Origin: Klebsiella phage K64-1
Reading direction: 5' to 3' (one strand)
Sequence record: AB897757.1
DNA: 64,000 bases
A model generated the notes under the pieces. That model saw nothing but the letters and a program-made list of their open reading frames with translations, was not told the origin of the DNA and ran no database searches. Numbering within the stretch: position 1 is the first letter of the stretch; each line of letters starts with the position of its first letter. The position numbers and the translations under genes were made by a program. Positions 29,318 to 38,801 of the stretch are shown here, piece by piece.

Positions 29318-29349
29318 TTTTCGGTACTGAACAACACTCAGTACCGAAA
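29318..29349 (+). terminator. hairpin (tttcggtactga/tcagtaccgaaa) after phoH, weak U-tract
   Basis: 12-bp perfect stem, 7-nt loop; arms are TTCGGTACTGA variants of the genome-wide motif. Confidence 0.4.
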
Positions 29350-29372
29350 TTTAAAATAATTAAAAAAAACAT

Positions 29373-29401
29373 TTGACATATCAATCGTTGTATCCTATAA
29401 T
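29373..29401 (+). promoter_or_regulatory. consensus sigma70-like promoter TTGACA-17-TATAAT
   Basis: ttgaca 29373-29378, tataat 29396-29401; RBS aaagagga before ATG 29449. Confidence 0.6.
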
Positions 29402-29448
29402 AATCTCATCAACACGAAACACAGAAACAATAAAAGAGGAAATAAAAA

Positions 29449-29745
29449 ATGGCTAAACAAGCAAAGAAAAAAGTTCAAGAAGCTCCAGTTAAAGTTAAAA
29501 AAGCAAAAACCGAAAAACTGTCCAAAGAAGAACGCGTAAGTGCACTGTACAAAGCCGAAGCACAAACAACTCTCCAAACCCTACGTAAGAAAGGTGTGTT
29601 GACCCGCCGCCAACAACGCATGATTGCGTACACAAAAGGTCTTGGTGGTGTCAAAGGTGTACCACTGGTAAATACCTATGAAGTGGAGAAAAAAGGCGAC
29701 AAAAAAGTTGTAGTTCACAAACTCCAACAATGGCATCGTATCTAA
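29449..29745 (+). CDS. small lysine-rich basic protein, compositionally GC-richer than its neighbours
   Basis: monocistronic: consensus promoter, strong RBS, terminator; KKK-rich N-terminus; no AGTACT copies inside. Confidence 0.5.
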   Translation: MAKQAKKKVQEAPVKVKKAKTEKLSKEERVSALYKAEAQTTLQTLRKKGVLTRRQQRMIAYTKGLGGVKGVPLVNTYEVEKKGDKKVVVHKLQQWHRI

Positions 29746-29790
29746 TATAATTTTATAGTACTGTAATTATATTACAATACTTCACATTAA

Positions 29791-29813
29791 ATCCCCACTT
29801 TGTGGGGATTTTC
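29791..29813 (+). terminator. intrinsic terminator (atccccac/gtggggat plus T-run)
   Basis: 8-bp stem, ttt loop, tttcc. Confidence 0.55.
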
Positions 29814-30036
29814 CTTATATAAGGACAATGAGTATGCACCATTTATTTGAAGCTTTTTTGGATATTGTTACCTGTGTTATTCCATCTACTAAGAAAGGTA
29901 CTATCATTTTTCTTGGTATTATCCTATTATTGACAATTGGCTATTTCCTCACTGCATAAGGAGTTATAATGAAAAAATTAATCAGAGGTAGAATGACATT
30001 TCATTAAGTTAAACTAACTTAATGGAGATCATATAC

Positions 30037-30585
30037 ATGTTTTTCAACCAAACTTTCGTTTTGTATCATGACAACGGTAATGTAGAAATTACTGATGATT
30101 TATTAAAAACAGTACAGAAATATGGTGGCTCAGAAAAATTTCATAGTCTAATGAAATTTAATCTAGGTTCTTTTGAAGAACGAAAAAGAAAGTATTATCG
30201 TCCTAACGGATATTTTGATTATGAATTCACAAATCATATAGGCTTTTTTCTTTGTAATGAAAAAGGATTACTTATTTCTCCTGATTTATTTTATGGTGAA
30301 TATGAAGTAATCTGGAATAAGTACTGGGAACAGAGAAATCATACTCGTACTATGCATTTCAAACATAATAGATCATGGGTTCATAAACACAATAACACTC
30401 GTTATAAACACCCGCAAACAATGAATGCTCGTAGAGCATCATGTGCAGTATTAAAAGAAGAAGGTGAACCTGAATTTCGAGGTAAACGTAAGGTACGTTC
30501 TATTCCAACGTTGTGGGATGATAAAAAAACTCGTCACGGTACTGGATGGAAGTATAGTACAAAACGCAAACATCAATACAAATAA
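30037..30585 (+). CDS. hypothetical protein with basic C-terminus (start ATG 30037 after RBS ggaga)
   Basis: ORF 30022..30585; ATG 30022 has no RBS. Confidence 0.4.
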   Translation: MFFNQTFVLYHDNGNVEITDDLLKTVQKYGGSEKFHSLMKFNLGSFEERKRKYYRPNGYFDYEFTNHIGFFLCNEKGLLISPDLFYGEYEVIWNKYWEQRNHTRTMHFKHNRSWVHKHNNTRYKHPQTMNARRASCAVLKEEGEPEFRGKRKVRSIPTLWDDKKTRHGTGWKYSTKRKHQYK

Positions 30586-30620
30586 TCCAAAAGGAGAACA
30601 TTTACGTTCTCCTTTTTCTA

Positions 30621-30986
30621 TTGGACAATTCAATGTCAAAATATAAAAAGAAAATTTTATCAAAAATAATTCATACTGAATCACTTGAAGATGATAATTT
30701 GGATGATATTATTTCAGTACTACTACACTGGAAAGAACAATACCCAAATGAAGAATTACGTGTTGAATATGGTTCTTGTGGTTTAGACCCTTATGGTGGA
30801 TATGATGAATATTATATTATCCGTGATTGTTTAGAAACTGATGAAGAATTTAATACAAGAGTTCAGTACGAAGAAGATAAATTAAGAACTAAAGAACAAA
30901 AAGAAATGGAACGTTTATTAAGATGTAAAACTTTAAACGAATCAAACAAAGAAAAGTTAATCAAATATATCGAGAAATATAAATGA
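30621..30986 (+). CDS. hypothetical acidic protein
   Basis: ORF track. Confidence 0.4.
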   Translation: MDNSMSKYKKKILSKIIHTESLEDDNLDDIISVLLHWKEQYPNEELRVEYGSCGLDPYGGYDEYYIIRDCLETDEEFNTRVQYEEDKLRTKEQKEMERLLRCKTLNESNKEKLIKYIEKYK

Positions 30987-31843
30987 ATCATATTACTGAA
31001 GAAAAAATTCTATATCACGCATTACATAATGGATCATTTACTTTACAAAGTTGTGATTATATTGGTCATACTCAGACATGTATTGATAATCTTTTGAAGT
31101 GTAAATTTCTTACATGGGAAACTAATAGTTTATGGAGTGATTATAAACATAATGATAGTTCTGAATATTATGACATAGCATTTCATCAGTATAAAATCAC
31201 CGAAACAGGTGAAGTTCGTTTAGCCATTTATCGTTTAGCTTATGCACATAAGAATCACAGAGATACTTCTAAACATGTGAAAAGGATGGAACAATTAACA
31301 AAAGTATTGAAACAGTATTCTCTGGATATTGATAACTTCAAAAAGAATTGTACTAAAAATGAAGTGAAAGCAATTAATTATTATAAAGAAAACTATAATA
31401 AAACGGTTGATATTGAAGAAGCGAAAGCTGTCGGTGATGCATTAAAACAAGCTATTCATCCAGTATTCAGTACTGAAAAAATTCAATACAAAAATTCTCA
31501 TCTAAATGATATTGATTTCGGTGATGCAGTACTTAATAATATGTTCCAAATGAGTTCTATGCTTGGTGAAAAAGGTTATGATAAATCCAGAACATGGGAT
31601 TATGTTCTTCGTAAAATTAATGAAGAATTAGGTGAAATGACACTTGAAATGAATGTAGCAGATGGGTTATCATATAAAGAAGCAGGGAAAGATGGCGTAA
31701 AAGGTGAAGCCGTTGATTTAGCAATTTGTGCTATGGATATGTTTGCGTTAGAATGTCCAGGTATGAGTGCTGAAGAAATTGAGCGTGAATTTTTAACATA
31801 CATGAACATCAAACTAGCTAAATGGAGAAAATCAATACAATGA
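30983..31843 (+). CDS. hypothetical protein with MazG-like NTP-pyrophosphohydrolase C-terminal region
   Basis: EELGEMTLEMNVADG...GEAVDLAICAMDMFA resembles the MazG EExxE/ExxD helix pair. Confidence 0.4.
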   Translation: MNHITEEKILYHALHNGSFTLQSCDYIGHTQTCIDNLLKCKFLTWETNSLWSDYKHNDSSEYYDIAFHQYKITETGEVRLAIYRLAYAHKNHRDTSKHVKRMEQLTKVLKQYSLDIDNFKKNCTKNEVKAINYYKENYNKTVDIEEAKAVGDALKQAIHPVFSTEKIQYKNSHLNDIDFGDAVLNNMFQMSSMLGEKGYDKSRTWDYVLRKINEELGEMTLEMNVADGLSYKEAGKDGVKGEAVDLAICAMDMFALECPGMSAEEIEREFLTYMNIKLAKWRKSIQ

Positions 31844-32142
31844 ATAAATTTATTTTTGGCATGGTCTTGATTGGTACAGTACTGTTAAGTGGTTGTGTTA
31901 GTTATTTTGAATGTGATACTTATACACAATACTTACCATTTACTGCTAATGTTCCAGAAAATTGTTATCTTGTGAATAGCGAGATTACTGTTATTAATGG
32001 TATTCCTTCGTTTGAATATATTTGCAATAAAGGAGAAGAATTACAAGAAGGTTCATCTCGTTCTCAATATTTAACTGGTTCTACCCCATATAAATGGCCT
32101 GTAAGTACTAAAGATATTATATTCATAGGTGGTGAAGAATAA
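31840..32142 (+). CDS. putative lipoprotein (ATGA-coupled start 31840)
   Basis: MNKFIFGMVLIGTVLLSGC signal peptide plus lipobox; ORF 31822..32142. Confidence 0.45.
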   Translation: MNKFIFGMVLIGTVLLSGCVSYFECDTYTQYLPFTANVPENCYLVNSEITVINGIPSFEYICNKGEELQEGSSRSQYLTGSTPYKWPVSTKDIIFIGGEE

Positions 32143-32516
32143 TGCGTAAAATTGATTATGTAGCATTTTTATTAAAGGATGGTACTGTAATTGAAAAGCA
32201 CATTATTCGTATGCCAGCGTATAATGAGAAGGGATGGTATAATAGTGTAGTTAGTATTGATGCATTCAACAATCGTGAGTCCGAACGATTTTATCAAATT
32301 AGATGCGTTAAAAAGAAACCACTTCTTGGTTTATTATGCCATTTATATAGATTAACTGAATGGGAACGTGATACACAGTTATCAACTAATCGTATGAAAA
32401 AGTATGATCCTTCATATGAACACCCTTACAATTTAGTACCATGCATTGAGCATCAAAATGTGTTTGACTTTTATAAACACATCGGGTATGATTATAAAAA
32501 GAAGCGATACATTTAA
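32142..32516 (+). CDS. hypothetical protein
   Basis: ORF track; TAATG coupling. Confidence 0.4.
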   Translation: MRKIDYVAFLLKDGTVIEKHIIRMPAYNEKGWYNSVVSIDAFNNRESERFYQIRCVKKKPLLGLLCHLYRLTEWERDTQLSTNRMKKYDPSYEHPYNLVPCIEHQNVFDFYKHIGYDYKKKRYI

Positions 32517-32527
32517 AGGTAAATTTA

Positions 32528-33730
32528 ATGAAACTTTGTAAGCATTGCCAGAAACCAAAATTCAAACATCAACGTGAAACACTGAATTGTCCAAGTCCAA
32601 CTCGTTCATTGGCTGCGAATTTTAATAGTACAACTGTATATGATGAATATGAATCCGATCCAGTACATTATGCTATTGCACAAGTACAATTGAAAGCTGA
32701 TATTGCTGAAATTACTGCTGGTCTTGATGAACTTCTTGCTAAAGGTGATATTAACGAACAATCATATAAAATGAATTTAGCAAATGCAACTGCCAATCTT
32801 ACTCGTATTGCTGAAAATAGTAAGCGACCAGAAATTACAGAATCTAATTCAGTACTGTATGTTTCTTTTAACGATGTGGTGTATTTTTATGATGCACAAT
32901 GGGAAGGAAATGCAGTACTAGAAGGTGAAAAAGCAGTAGAAGATTTATATTTTTCTAATAAATTCAAAGAATATTATGATGCTGGTATTGTACCAGTATT
33001 AGAAGTGCTAGATAATGAAAGCACTGAAATGATTAAAGTAATTTATAATGAAGAACGTGCTGAATTTATTTCTGATATTAGTCGTGATGAACATTTGAAA
33101 GAAAGAGATACAAAACAAGAAGAAGTATCTTTATCTGATTTGAATAATGATGATTTTGTACTTCCATTGCATGATAAACAATGGGTACTAAATACTATTC
33201 GAAAAAATTCTGACGATGATTGTGATGTTGAAGAACTTGAATGTGCATTGAAAAGCTGTGATGGATCTGTTGTTCTTGGTAAACCAGATACAGAAAACGA
33301 TGGAACTTATCTAATGCTTGGTATGAAAACCAACGATGGTTTCCTTGAAAATGATTACTGTCTTCTTGATAGCATTTTGCTTAAAGAATGGAGTGTACTT
33401 GAAAATTCAGGGTTGATTGAAATTGGTACTTTTGAAAGCCACATTGACATTGATGAAAGCAAAAATAAAGGCATTACTACTTTTATGTCTGAAGTAATTG
33501 CACGTTCATTATTCAGTACTGAAGCATTGGATATCAAAAGTACTTCTGATTGTAAAGAATTCTTGAAATCAGAATACAATGTACAAAAAGCAAAACGCAT
33601 CAAGAAAGAAAAATGGGGTAAAATTGAGTACCGAATCTTTGAAGATGATAATGGTGAACAGTATACTATTGTCACTTACTGTGATAAGTTGATTTCACAT
33701 TATCCATTTGCTTACAATGAGGATTATTAA
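32528..33730 (+). CDS. hypothetical acidic protein (400 aa), N-terminal CxxC...C
   Basis: ORF track. Confidence 0.45.
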   Translation: MKLCKHCQKPKFKHQRETLNCPSPTRSLAANFNSTTVYDEYESDPVHYAIAQVQLKADIAEITAGLDELLAKGDINEQSYKMNLANATANLTRIAENSKRPEITESNSVLYVSFNDVVYFYDAQWEGNAVLEGEKAVEDLYFSNKFKEYYDAGIVPVLEVLDNESTEMIKVIYNEERAEFISDISRDEHLKERDTKQEEVSLSDLNNDDFVLPLHDKQWVLNTIRKNSDDDCDVEELECALKSCDGSVVLGKPDTENDGTYLMLGMKTNDGFLENDYCLLDSILLKEWSVLENSGLIEIGTFESHIDIDESKNKGITTFMSEVIARSLFSTEALDIKSTSDCKEFLKSEYNVQKAKRIKKEKWGKIEYRIFEDDNGEQYTIVTYCDKLISHYPFAYNEDY

Positions 33731-33948
33731 TGATCATCTATGCTGTTCAGGAAATTGATTTTTATACTGAAGAATACGACAATCAAAAAATTCGTAAATT
33801 ATTTTTAAATTTAGACGATGCACTTAATTATGTAAAAACTACATATGATATTAAAATTACTAACGTTAATACATGTAAAACATATATAGAAAATGATGAA
33901 GAACGTGGAGAAGTTTCCGTTGGTATTTATGAAATGAGTGTGTTATAA
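33730..33948 (+). CDS. hypothetical protein
   Basis: ORF track. Confidence 0.35.
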   Translation: MIIYAVQEIDFYTEEYDNQKIRKLFLNLDDALNYVKTTYDIKITNVNTCKTYIENDEERGEVSVGIYEMSVL

Positions 33949-33969
33949 TTAAATAATTTTTAACAAACA

Positions 33970-34095
33970 AGAAAGTACTGTCGCCGTGCATCTGGGTAAA
34001 ATCAGTATAAGTCCGTAAAGCACAATGCCAATACTCAACCATCTCCCTACTCCTTGAGATCTACCAAAGTTGAGGGTGGTAGTACTTTCACCTTT
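33970..34095 (+). ncRNA. candidate structured small RNA or regulatory element in a GC-rich 150-bp gap
   Basis: no ORF of 60 aa or more on either strand; GC-richer than flanks; bounded by inverted gaaagtact...agtactttc (9 bp) followed by a T-run. Confidence 0.2.
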
Positions 34096-34099
34096 TTAG

Positions 34100-34345
34100 A
34101 TGAGAAATATTATGATTTTATTAATTATTACAGTACTGTTAGGATTTTTTAATTGTTTGATTTATTTAAGAATTGAAAAGAAAGAAGGATATTGCTTTCA
34201 TAGTACAAAAGATGGTAAATTAGTTTCAATGTTTAGTATAGAATCTCCATCAATTTGTAAATTCTTTATTCTTTTACAATTCATCCCGTTTGTTAATATT
34301 GTTTTCGCACTTTTATATTTCGTAGATATTCTTAATGGACATTAA
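34100..34345 (+). CDS. small membrane protein
   Basis: hydrophobic ORF. Confidence 0.35.
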   Translation: MRNIMILLIITVLLGFFNCLIYLRIEKKEGYCFHSTKDGKLVSMFSIESPSICKFFILLQFIPFVNIVFALLYFVDILNGH

Positions 34346-34347
34346 TA

Positions 34348-35004
34348 ATGAATATTAAAACAACAGCAGATAAGTACTGGTTCATTATGAACCACCCAAA
34401 ATTTGTAAATAAAAATTACATTGTACCAAAAATCGAAATTGAACCACATAACGTATGTCCACAAACCAACAGAATTGAATCGTATGAATATTTGAATACA
34501 AAAGTCCAGTACTGGATTGAATTTTATATCCCAGTGCAAGAAGATGGGAAATGGGAAATTGCACATGATTACAAACTCGATTGTGGTGGCGACACCATAG
34601 ATGAAGCAATTGACTGCTTATATAATTCAGTACTAAATGAATATGGAAATTATACACAAGAAGAACTTGACAAAAAGGAGGATGAAGTATATAATTACAA
34701 CAAATCCAAGTTTGGTAGTGCAACAATGTCATATATTTTATCTAAAATTCATGAAGACATGTTTGAATACGTAAATGATAAAATTTTGCCAGATGAAGAA
34801 GCGGAATGCTATAATCATAACACGGTTGGTTATTATGAAAAAAAAATTAAAGAATTAAAAGGAACTTTAAATTCATTGATCGAATTCAAAAGAAATTCAC
34901 CAAAAGAAATGCACAAAGTAATTGACAAAGATATAAAAAACGTAGAACATGACATTTTTGCGAATGAAATGAGTATTAAATTTATGGTGGATTTGGATCT
35001 ATGA
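34348..35004 (+). CDS. hypothetical protein
   Basis: ORF track. Confidence 0.4.
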   Translation: MNIKTTADKYWFIMNHPKFVNKNYIVPKIEIEPHNVCPQTNRIESYEYLNTKVQYWIEFYIPVQEDGKWEIAHDYKLDCGGDTIDEAIDCLYNSVLNEYGNYTQEELDKKEDEVYNYNKSKFGSATMSYILSKIHEDMFEYVNDKILPDEEAECYNHNTVGYYEKKIKELKGTLNSLIEFKRNSPKEMHKVIDKDIKNVEHDIFANEMSIKFMVDLDL

Positions 35005-35369
35005 ATAAAGATCTTTCAAAATTAGTTGAAGACCTACGGAATATGCCGAAAATTGAACAAGTTGGTTCGTTTAAACGTTTCTTAGTTATTGCACGTGCAT
35101 TAGATAAAAAGGGACGTGTACTCAGTACCAAAACCAATTCATACACACAAACACATCCAGTACAGAAGAAGTTTGCAGTTAGGGCTGGACGGTGTGAAGC
35201 TGTATGGCTCCATGCAGAAATTCGTTGTTTGTTAGCTGCAAGAAAAGATGTTCATACATTACTAATTGCCAGAATTAACAAAGAAGGTCTTCCTGTTCCC
35301 GCAAAGCCATGTTCTGTTTGTGAACTGGCTATAAAAGAATATGGTGTAAAAAGGGTGATTTATACATGA
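35001..35369 (+). CDS. cytidine/deoxycytidylate deaminase-fold protein (second CDA-like gene)
   Basis: zinc ligand motifs HAEIRCL and PCSVCELAI; 122 aa. Confidence 0.55.
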   Translation: MNKDLSKLVEDLRNMPKIEQVGSFKRFLVIARALDKKGRVLSTKTNSYTQTHPVQKKFAVRAGRCEAVWLHAEIRCLLAARKDVHTLLIARINKEGLPVPAKPCSVCELAIKEYGVKRVIYT

Positions 35370-35539
35370 AAAATATTTTTAAAAAAGAATATGATGGTGA
35401 AAGCCTTTGTGATGTTCAACGAGATGTTGTTGAAGCATTCAGTACAGTATTCAATCCAGAAATGATTGATATCCCAGTCGATGAATACGGATTTCAGGAA
35501 GGTACATTTGTTGTAAGTATTAAATGGAAGCCAGAATAA
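35366..35539 (+). CDS. small hypothetical protein (57 aa, sub-threshold)
   Basis: ATGA coupling to the upstream gene; the next 42-aa membrane peptide (35539..35667) is TAATG-coupled. Confidence 0.3.
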   Translation: MKNIFKKEYDGESLCDVQRDVVEAFSTVFNPEMIDIPVDEYGFQEGTFVVSIKWKPE

Positions 35540-35666
35540 TGCGTGATCTTATTATGTTCTTTTCTGCAATCATAGGATTATGTACTTATTATTTTTCCAA
35601 TCATTATATTATAGCTATGGTATTTGCTATTATATATATTGCACTTTACAGTACTGACGACGAATA

Positions 35667-35690
35667 AAAGCACCCCAGCGGTGCTTTTTG
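35667..35690 (+). terminator. intrinsic terminator (aaagcacc...ggtgcttttt)
   Basis: GC stem plus T5. Confidence 0.5.
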
Positions 35691-35822
35691 TATTTGTACA
35701 AAATATAATCTAAGTGACTTTTTATTGATTTAAATCAAGAATAAAATCACCTTTTAGTGATATAATATGTTACGTAGCATTTAAATAAATCTACCACATA
35801 ATAAAAAAATCAAGGAAGAAAA

Positions 35823-37628
35823 ATGAATTCAAATAAATTATATGAAGATATTGAAAATTTTATTAATAATACAAATAAAGATATTACTACTGAAAATGCT
35901 AATAAAGATGCCAAAGTAGTTAATACACATAGAGATTTATTTGCTGGTATCCTTTCTAAACATTACGCCCAAGATACTATCCCAGAAGAATTTATTAAAT
36001 GGCACAATGATGGTTATGGACACTGCCACGATTTAGATTACTGGATCTCACCACTAACAAATTGCTGCCTTATTAATTATCCAGATATGCTTAGAAATGG
36101 TTTTAAAATTGGTAGTGCTAACATTGAAGAACCAAAAAGTTTTTCTGTGGCTTGTACGGTACTAACACAGATTGTGCAAGCGGTTGCAAGTTCACAATAT
36201 GGTGGACAATCATTAGCTCACATTGACAAATATTTAGAACCATATGTTCAAATGTCATGGAATAAACTATTAGAAAAACAAAAGAAATATAATTTAAGTA
36301 CCGAATTCATTGAAGACGAATTAAAAAAAGAAGTTTATGATGGGTGTCAAACATTTTTATATCAATTAAACAGTACTGTGTCCGTGTCAGGTCAAACCCC
36401 TTTCATATCTATTAGTTTAGGTTTAAGTACTACTAAATTTGGACGTTTAATTACTGAACAATATTTAAAAGTTCATGAAAAAGGTTTAGGTAAAGATGGC
36501 ATTACTCCAGTATTTCCGAAAGTTATTTTCTTTTTAGAAGATGGTATTAATACTAATAGTACTGATCCAAATTATGATTTAAAACAACAAGCATTACATT
36601 GTAGTTCTAAAAGAATTTATCCTGATTTCGTTAGTGTTACATTGAATAAAGAAACCACAGGTAGTACTTCTGAAGCTGTTACTCCAATGGGTTGTCGTTC
36701 ATTCCTTTCCAAATGGATAAATGAAGATGGTGAAGAGCAATATAATGGCCGTTGTAATTTAGGGGTGGCATCAATCAACCTACCGTTAATTGCTCTTGAA
36801 AGTACGTCAGACGCCGTTTTCTTTGACAAGTTACACCATCACATGGACATGGCATACCGCTTCTTATCACTTCGTGTAGAGCGTTTAAAAGACACAAAAG
36901 CCCGACAGAATCCAGTACTGTACATGTACGGAGCCTTAGCTCGTTTAGATCCAGATGAGACTATTGAGCAACTATTTTACAATGGTAGAAGTTCCATTAG
37001 TATTGGGTATGTTGGTTTATCTGAATGTTCTGAAATTCTTAAAGGAAAAATAGACAAAGATTTTGGATTAAAAGTACTAAAATATATGCAAATGAAATGC
37101 AATCAATATAAAGAAGAAACTAATATCGCATATAGTTTATATGGAACACCAGCCGAGAGTTTGTGTTATAAATTTGCAAAAGCTATAAATGAGAAATACC
37201 CCTCTGTATTGAATAGAGATTACATTAGTAATTCATTCCATTATCCAGTTCATTATGATATTTCAATTTTTGATAAATTTCAATATGAAAGTTTATTTGG
37301 AAATATCAGTTCAGGTGGTAATATTAGTTATGTTGAAACTCCAAATCTTTCTAATAATTTAAAAGCATTAGAAACAATAGTTGATTATGCTAGTACGAAA
37401 GTACAATATTTCGGTATAAATCAACCAGTGGATCACTGCTATGAATGTGGATATGATGGACAATTCAACGTAGATAAAAATGGATATAATTGCCCACACT
37501 GTGGTAATAATGATGAAAGTACTATATCAGTTATTAGACGTGTTTCAGGTTATCTTGGTGCACCAAATAGTCGTCCGTTCAATAAGGGAAAACAAGCCGA
37601 AGTAATTGAAAGAATTAAACACCAATAA
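35823..37628 (+). CDS. nrdD: anaerobic ribonucleoside-triphosphate reductase
   Basis: 601 aa; C-terminal Zn ribbon CYECGY...CPHCG and glycyl-radical motif RRVSGYLG. Confidence 0.9.
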   Translation: MNSNKLYEDIENFINNTNKDITTENANKDAKVVNTHRDLFAGILSKHYAQDTIPEEFIKWHNDGYGHCHDLDYWISPLTNCCLINYPDMLRNGFKIGSANIEEPKSFSVACTVLTQIVQAVASSQYGGQSLAHIDKYLEPYVQMSWNKLLEKQKKYNLSTEFIEDELKKEVYDGCQTFLYQLNSTVSVSGQTPFISISLGLSTTKFGRLITEQYLKVHEKGLGKDGITPVFPKVIFFLEDGINTNSTDPNYDLKQQALHCSSKRIYPDFVSVTLNKETTGSTSEAVTPMGCRSFLSKWINEDGEEQYNGRCNLGVASINLPLIALESTSDAVFFDKLHHHMDMAYRFLSLRVERLKDTKARQNPVLYMYGALARLDPDETIEQLFYNGRSSISIGYVGLSECSEILKGKIDKDFGLKVLKYMQMKCNQYKEETNIAYSLYGTPAESLCYKFAKAINEKYPSVLNRDYISNSFHYPVHYDISIFDKFQYESLFGNISSGGNISYVETPNLSNNLKALETIVDYASTKVQYFGINQPVDHCYECGYDGQFNVDKNGYNCPHCGNNDESTISVIRRVSGYLGAPNSRPFNKGKQAEVIERIKHQ

Positions 37629-37638
37629 GGAGTCAATT

Positions 37639-38001
37639 ATGACAATTAAAGCAAAACAAATTTTATCCGGCGAACATACTGGAACAATCTTTTTACACGA
37701 TGATGAATATGCACGTATTTTAGTATCAAAAACATTTTCAGAAGATGATGAAGTATTATTCAGTACTTTTGAAAATGAAGAAATGCGTGAAGTTGATATT
37801 CAAGAACAACCAAAAATTGAAGGTGGTCAACATTTAAATGTAAATGTATTATCACGTTCTCAATTAGAAGAAGCACAGAAATTTCCTGAAAAATATCCTC
37901 AACTTACTATTCGTGTTTCTGGATATGCAGTTCGTTTTAATTCTCTTACGAAAGAACAACAAAATGATGTAATTTCACGAACTTTCACTACTAAGTTCTA
38001 A
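37639..38001 (+). CDS. grcA: autonomous glycyl-radical cofactor (GrcA/YfiD-like spare-part protein)
   Basis: C-terminal half [11 protein letters not shown]...[30 protein letters not shown] is nearly identical to E. coli GrcA; start moved to ATG 37639 (RBS ggag). Confidence 0.75.
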   Translation: MTIKAKQILSGEHTGTIFLHDDEYARILVSKTFSEDDEVLFSTFENEEMREVDIQEQPKIEGGQHLNVNVLSRSQLEEAQKFPEKYPQLTIRVSGYAVRFNSLTKEQQNDVISRTFTTKF

Positions 38002-38005
38002 TCTA

Positions 38006-38353
38006 ATGTTTTTTGAATATGATGATGAAAATATATATCCAATTGTGGTTAATAAGTATAAAGAACCATATGATGTATATATTGGAAGAGGTTCAAAATG
38101 GGGTAATCCGTTTACTCACATAAAAAATCGTGATACGAAAGCTGAGTTTATTGTCAATACCAGAGAAGAATCTATTTCAAAATATAGAGAATGGATATTT
38201 AATAAAATTGAAAATGGTGAAATTACCATTGATGAGTTACTAGAATTATCTGGTAAAAAATTAGGATGTTTTTGTAAGCCTAAATCATGTCATGGTGATG
38301 TTCTTGTGGAAATAGTGAGTGCGTTATTAGATGAATTATCAAACAATAATTAA
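38006..38353 (+). CDS. DUF4326-like conserved hypothetical protein
   Basis: YDVYIGRGSKWGNPF ... LGCFCKP..CHGDVL signature. Confidence 0.4.
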   Translation: MFFEYDDENIYPIVVNKYKEPYDVYIGRGSKWGNPFTHIKNRDTKAEFIVNTREESISKYREWIFNKIENGEITIDELLELSGKKLGCFCKPKSCHGDVLVEIVSALLDELSNNN

Positions 38354-38801
38354 AGATGACTTAATAAATGGGGAGGGAGTTAGATGCTCCCTTTTTGTTT
38401 CGGGTTGTTCAATGGGTTGTAAAAATTGCTACAATGAAAAAGCATGGGATTATAGAAGCGGTACTGAATTCGGTACTGAACATGTCGAGCTTATACTAAA
38501 CGAATTATCTAAATCATATATATCAGGATTATCATTACTTGGTGGTGATCCACTTATGCCTAAAAATTTCAGTACTGTGATTGAACTTTGTAAAATTGTT
38601 AAAGAACAGTATCCTGACAAAAATATTTGGTGTTGGAGTGGTTACACACTTGATGAAATTATAAATAATCATGCGGCCCCTGTATTAGAATATATTGATG
38701 TTCTAATTGATGGAAAATTCAAAGAAGAACTAAAAGATTTATCTCTACCATATAGAGGCTCTAGAAATCAACGTATTTTATATAAAGGGAAAGATTTTTG
38801 A
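38331..38801 (+). CDS. nrdG: anaerobic RNR activating enzyme (radical SAM)
   Basis: CSLFVSGCSMGCKNCYN radical-SAM cysteine motif; size 156 aa. Confidence 0.8.
   Translation: MNYQTIIKDDLINGEGVRCSLFVSGCSMGCKNCYNEKAWDYRSGTEFGTEHVELILNELSKSYISGLSLLGGDPLMPKNFSTVIELCKIVKEQYPDKNIWCWSGYTLDEIINNHAAPVLEYIDVLIDGKFKEELKDLSLPYRGSRNQRILYKGKDF
38460..38480. repeat. tandem variant GGTACTGAA-TTC-GGTACTGAA
   Basis: direct duplication of the TTCGGTACTGAA variant (also forms the 29318-29349 hairpin arms), inside nrdG. Confidence 0.8.

Noticed and set aside
33949-34099. Possible tRNA gene in the GC-rich gap
   Set aside because: No T-loop GTTCRANYC, no 7-bp acceptor stem with a CCA-proximal pairing, and the length/structure do not fit a cloverleaf. 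Kept only as a candidate sRNA.
35823-37628. Group I intron or intein in nrdD (common in T4-like phages)
   Set aside because: The NrdD frame is continuous (601 aa, about T4 NrdD length) with an intact glycyl-radical C-terminus. No insertion is evident.
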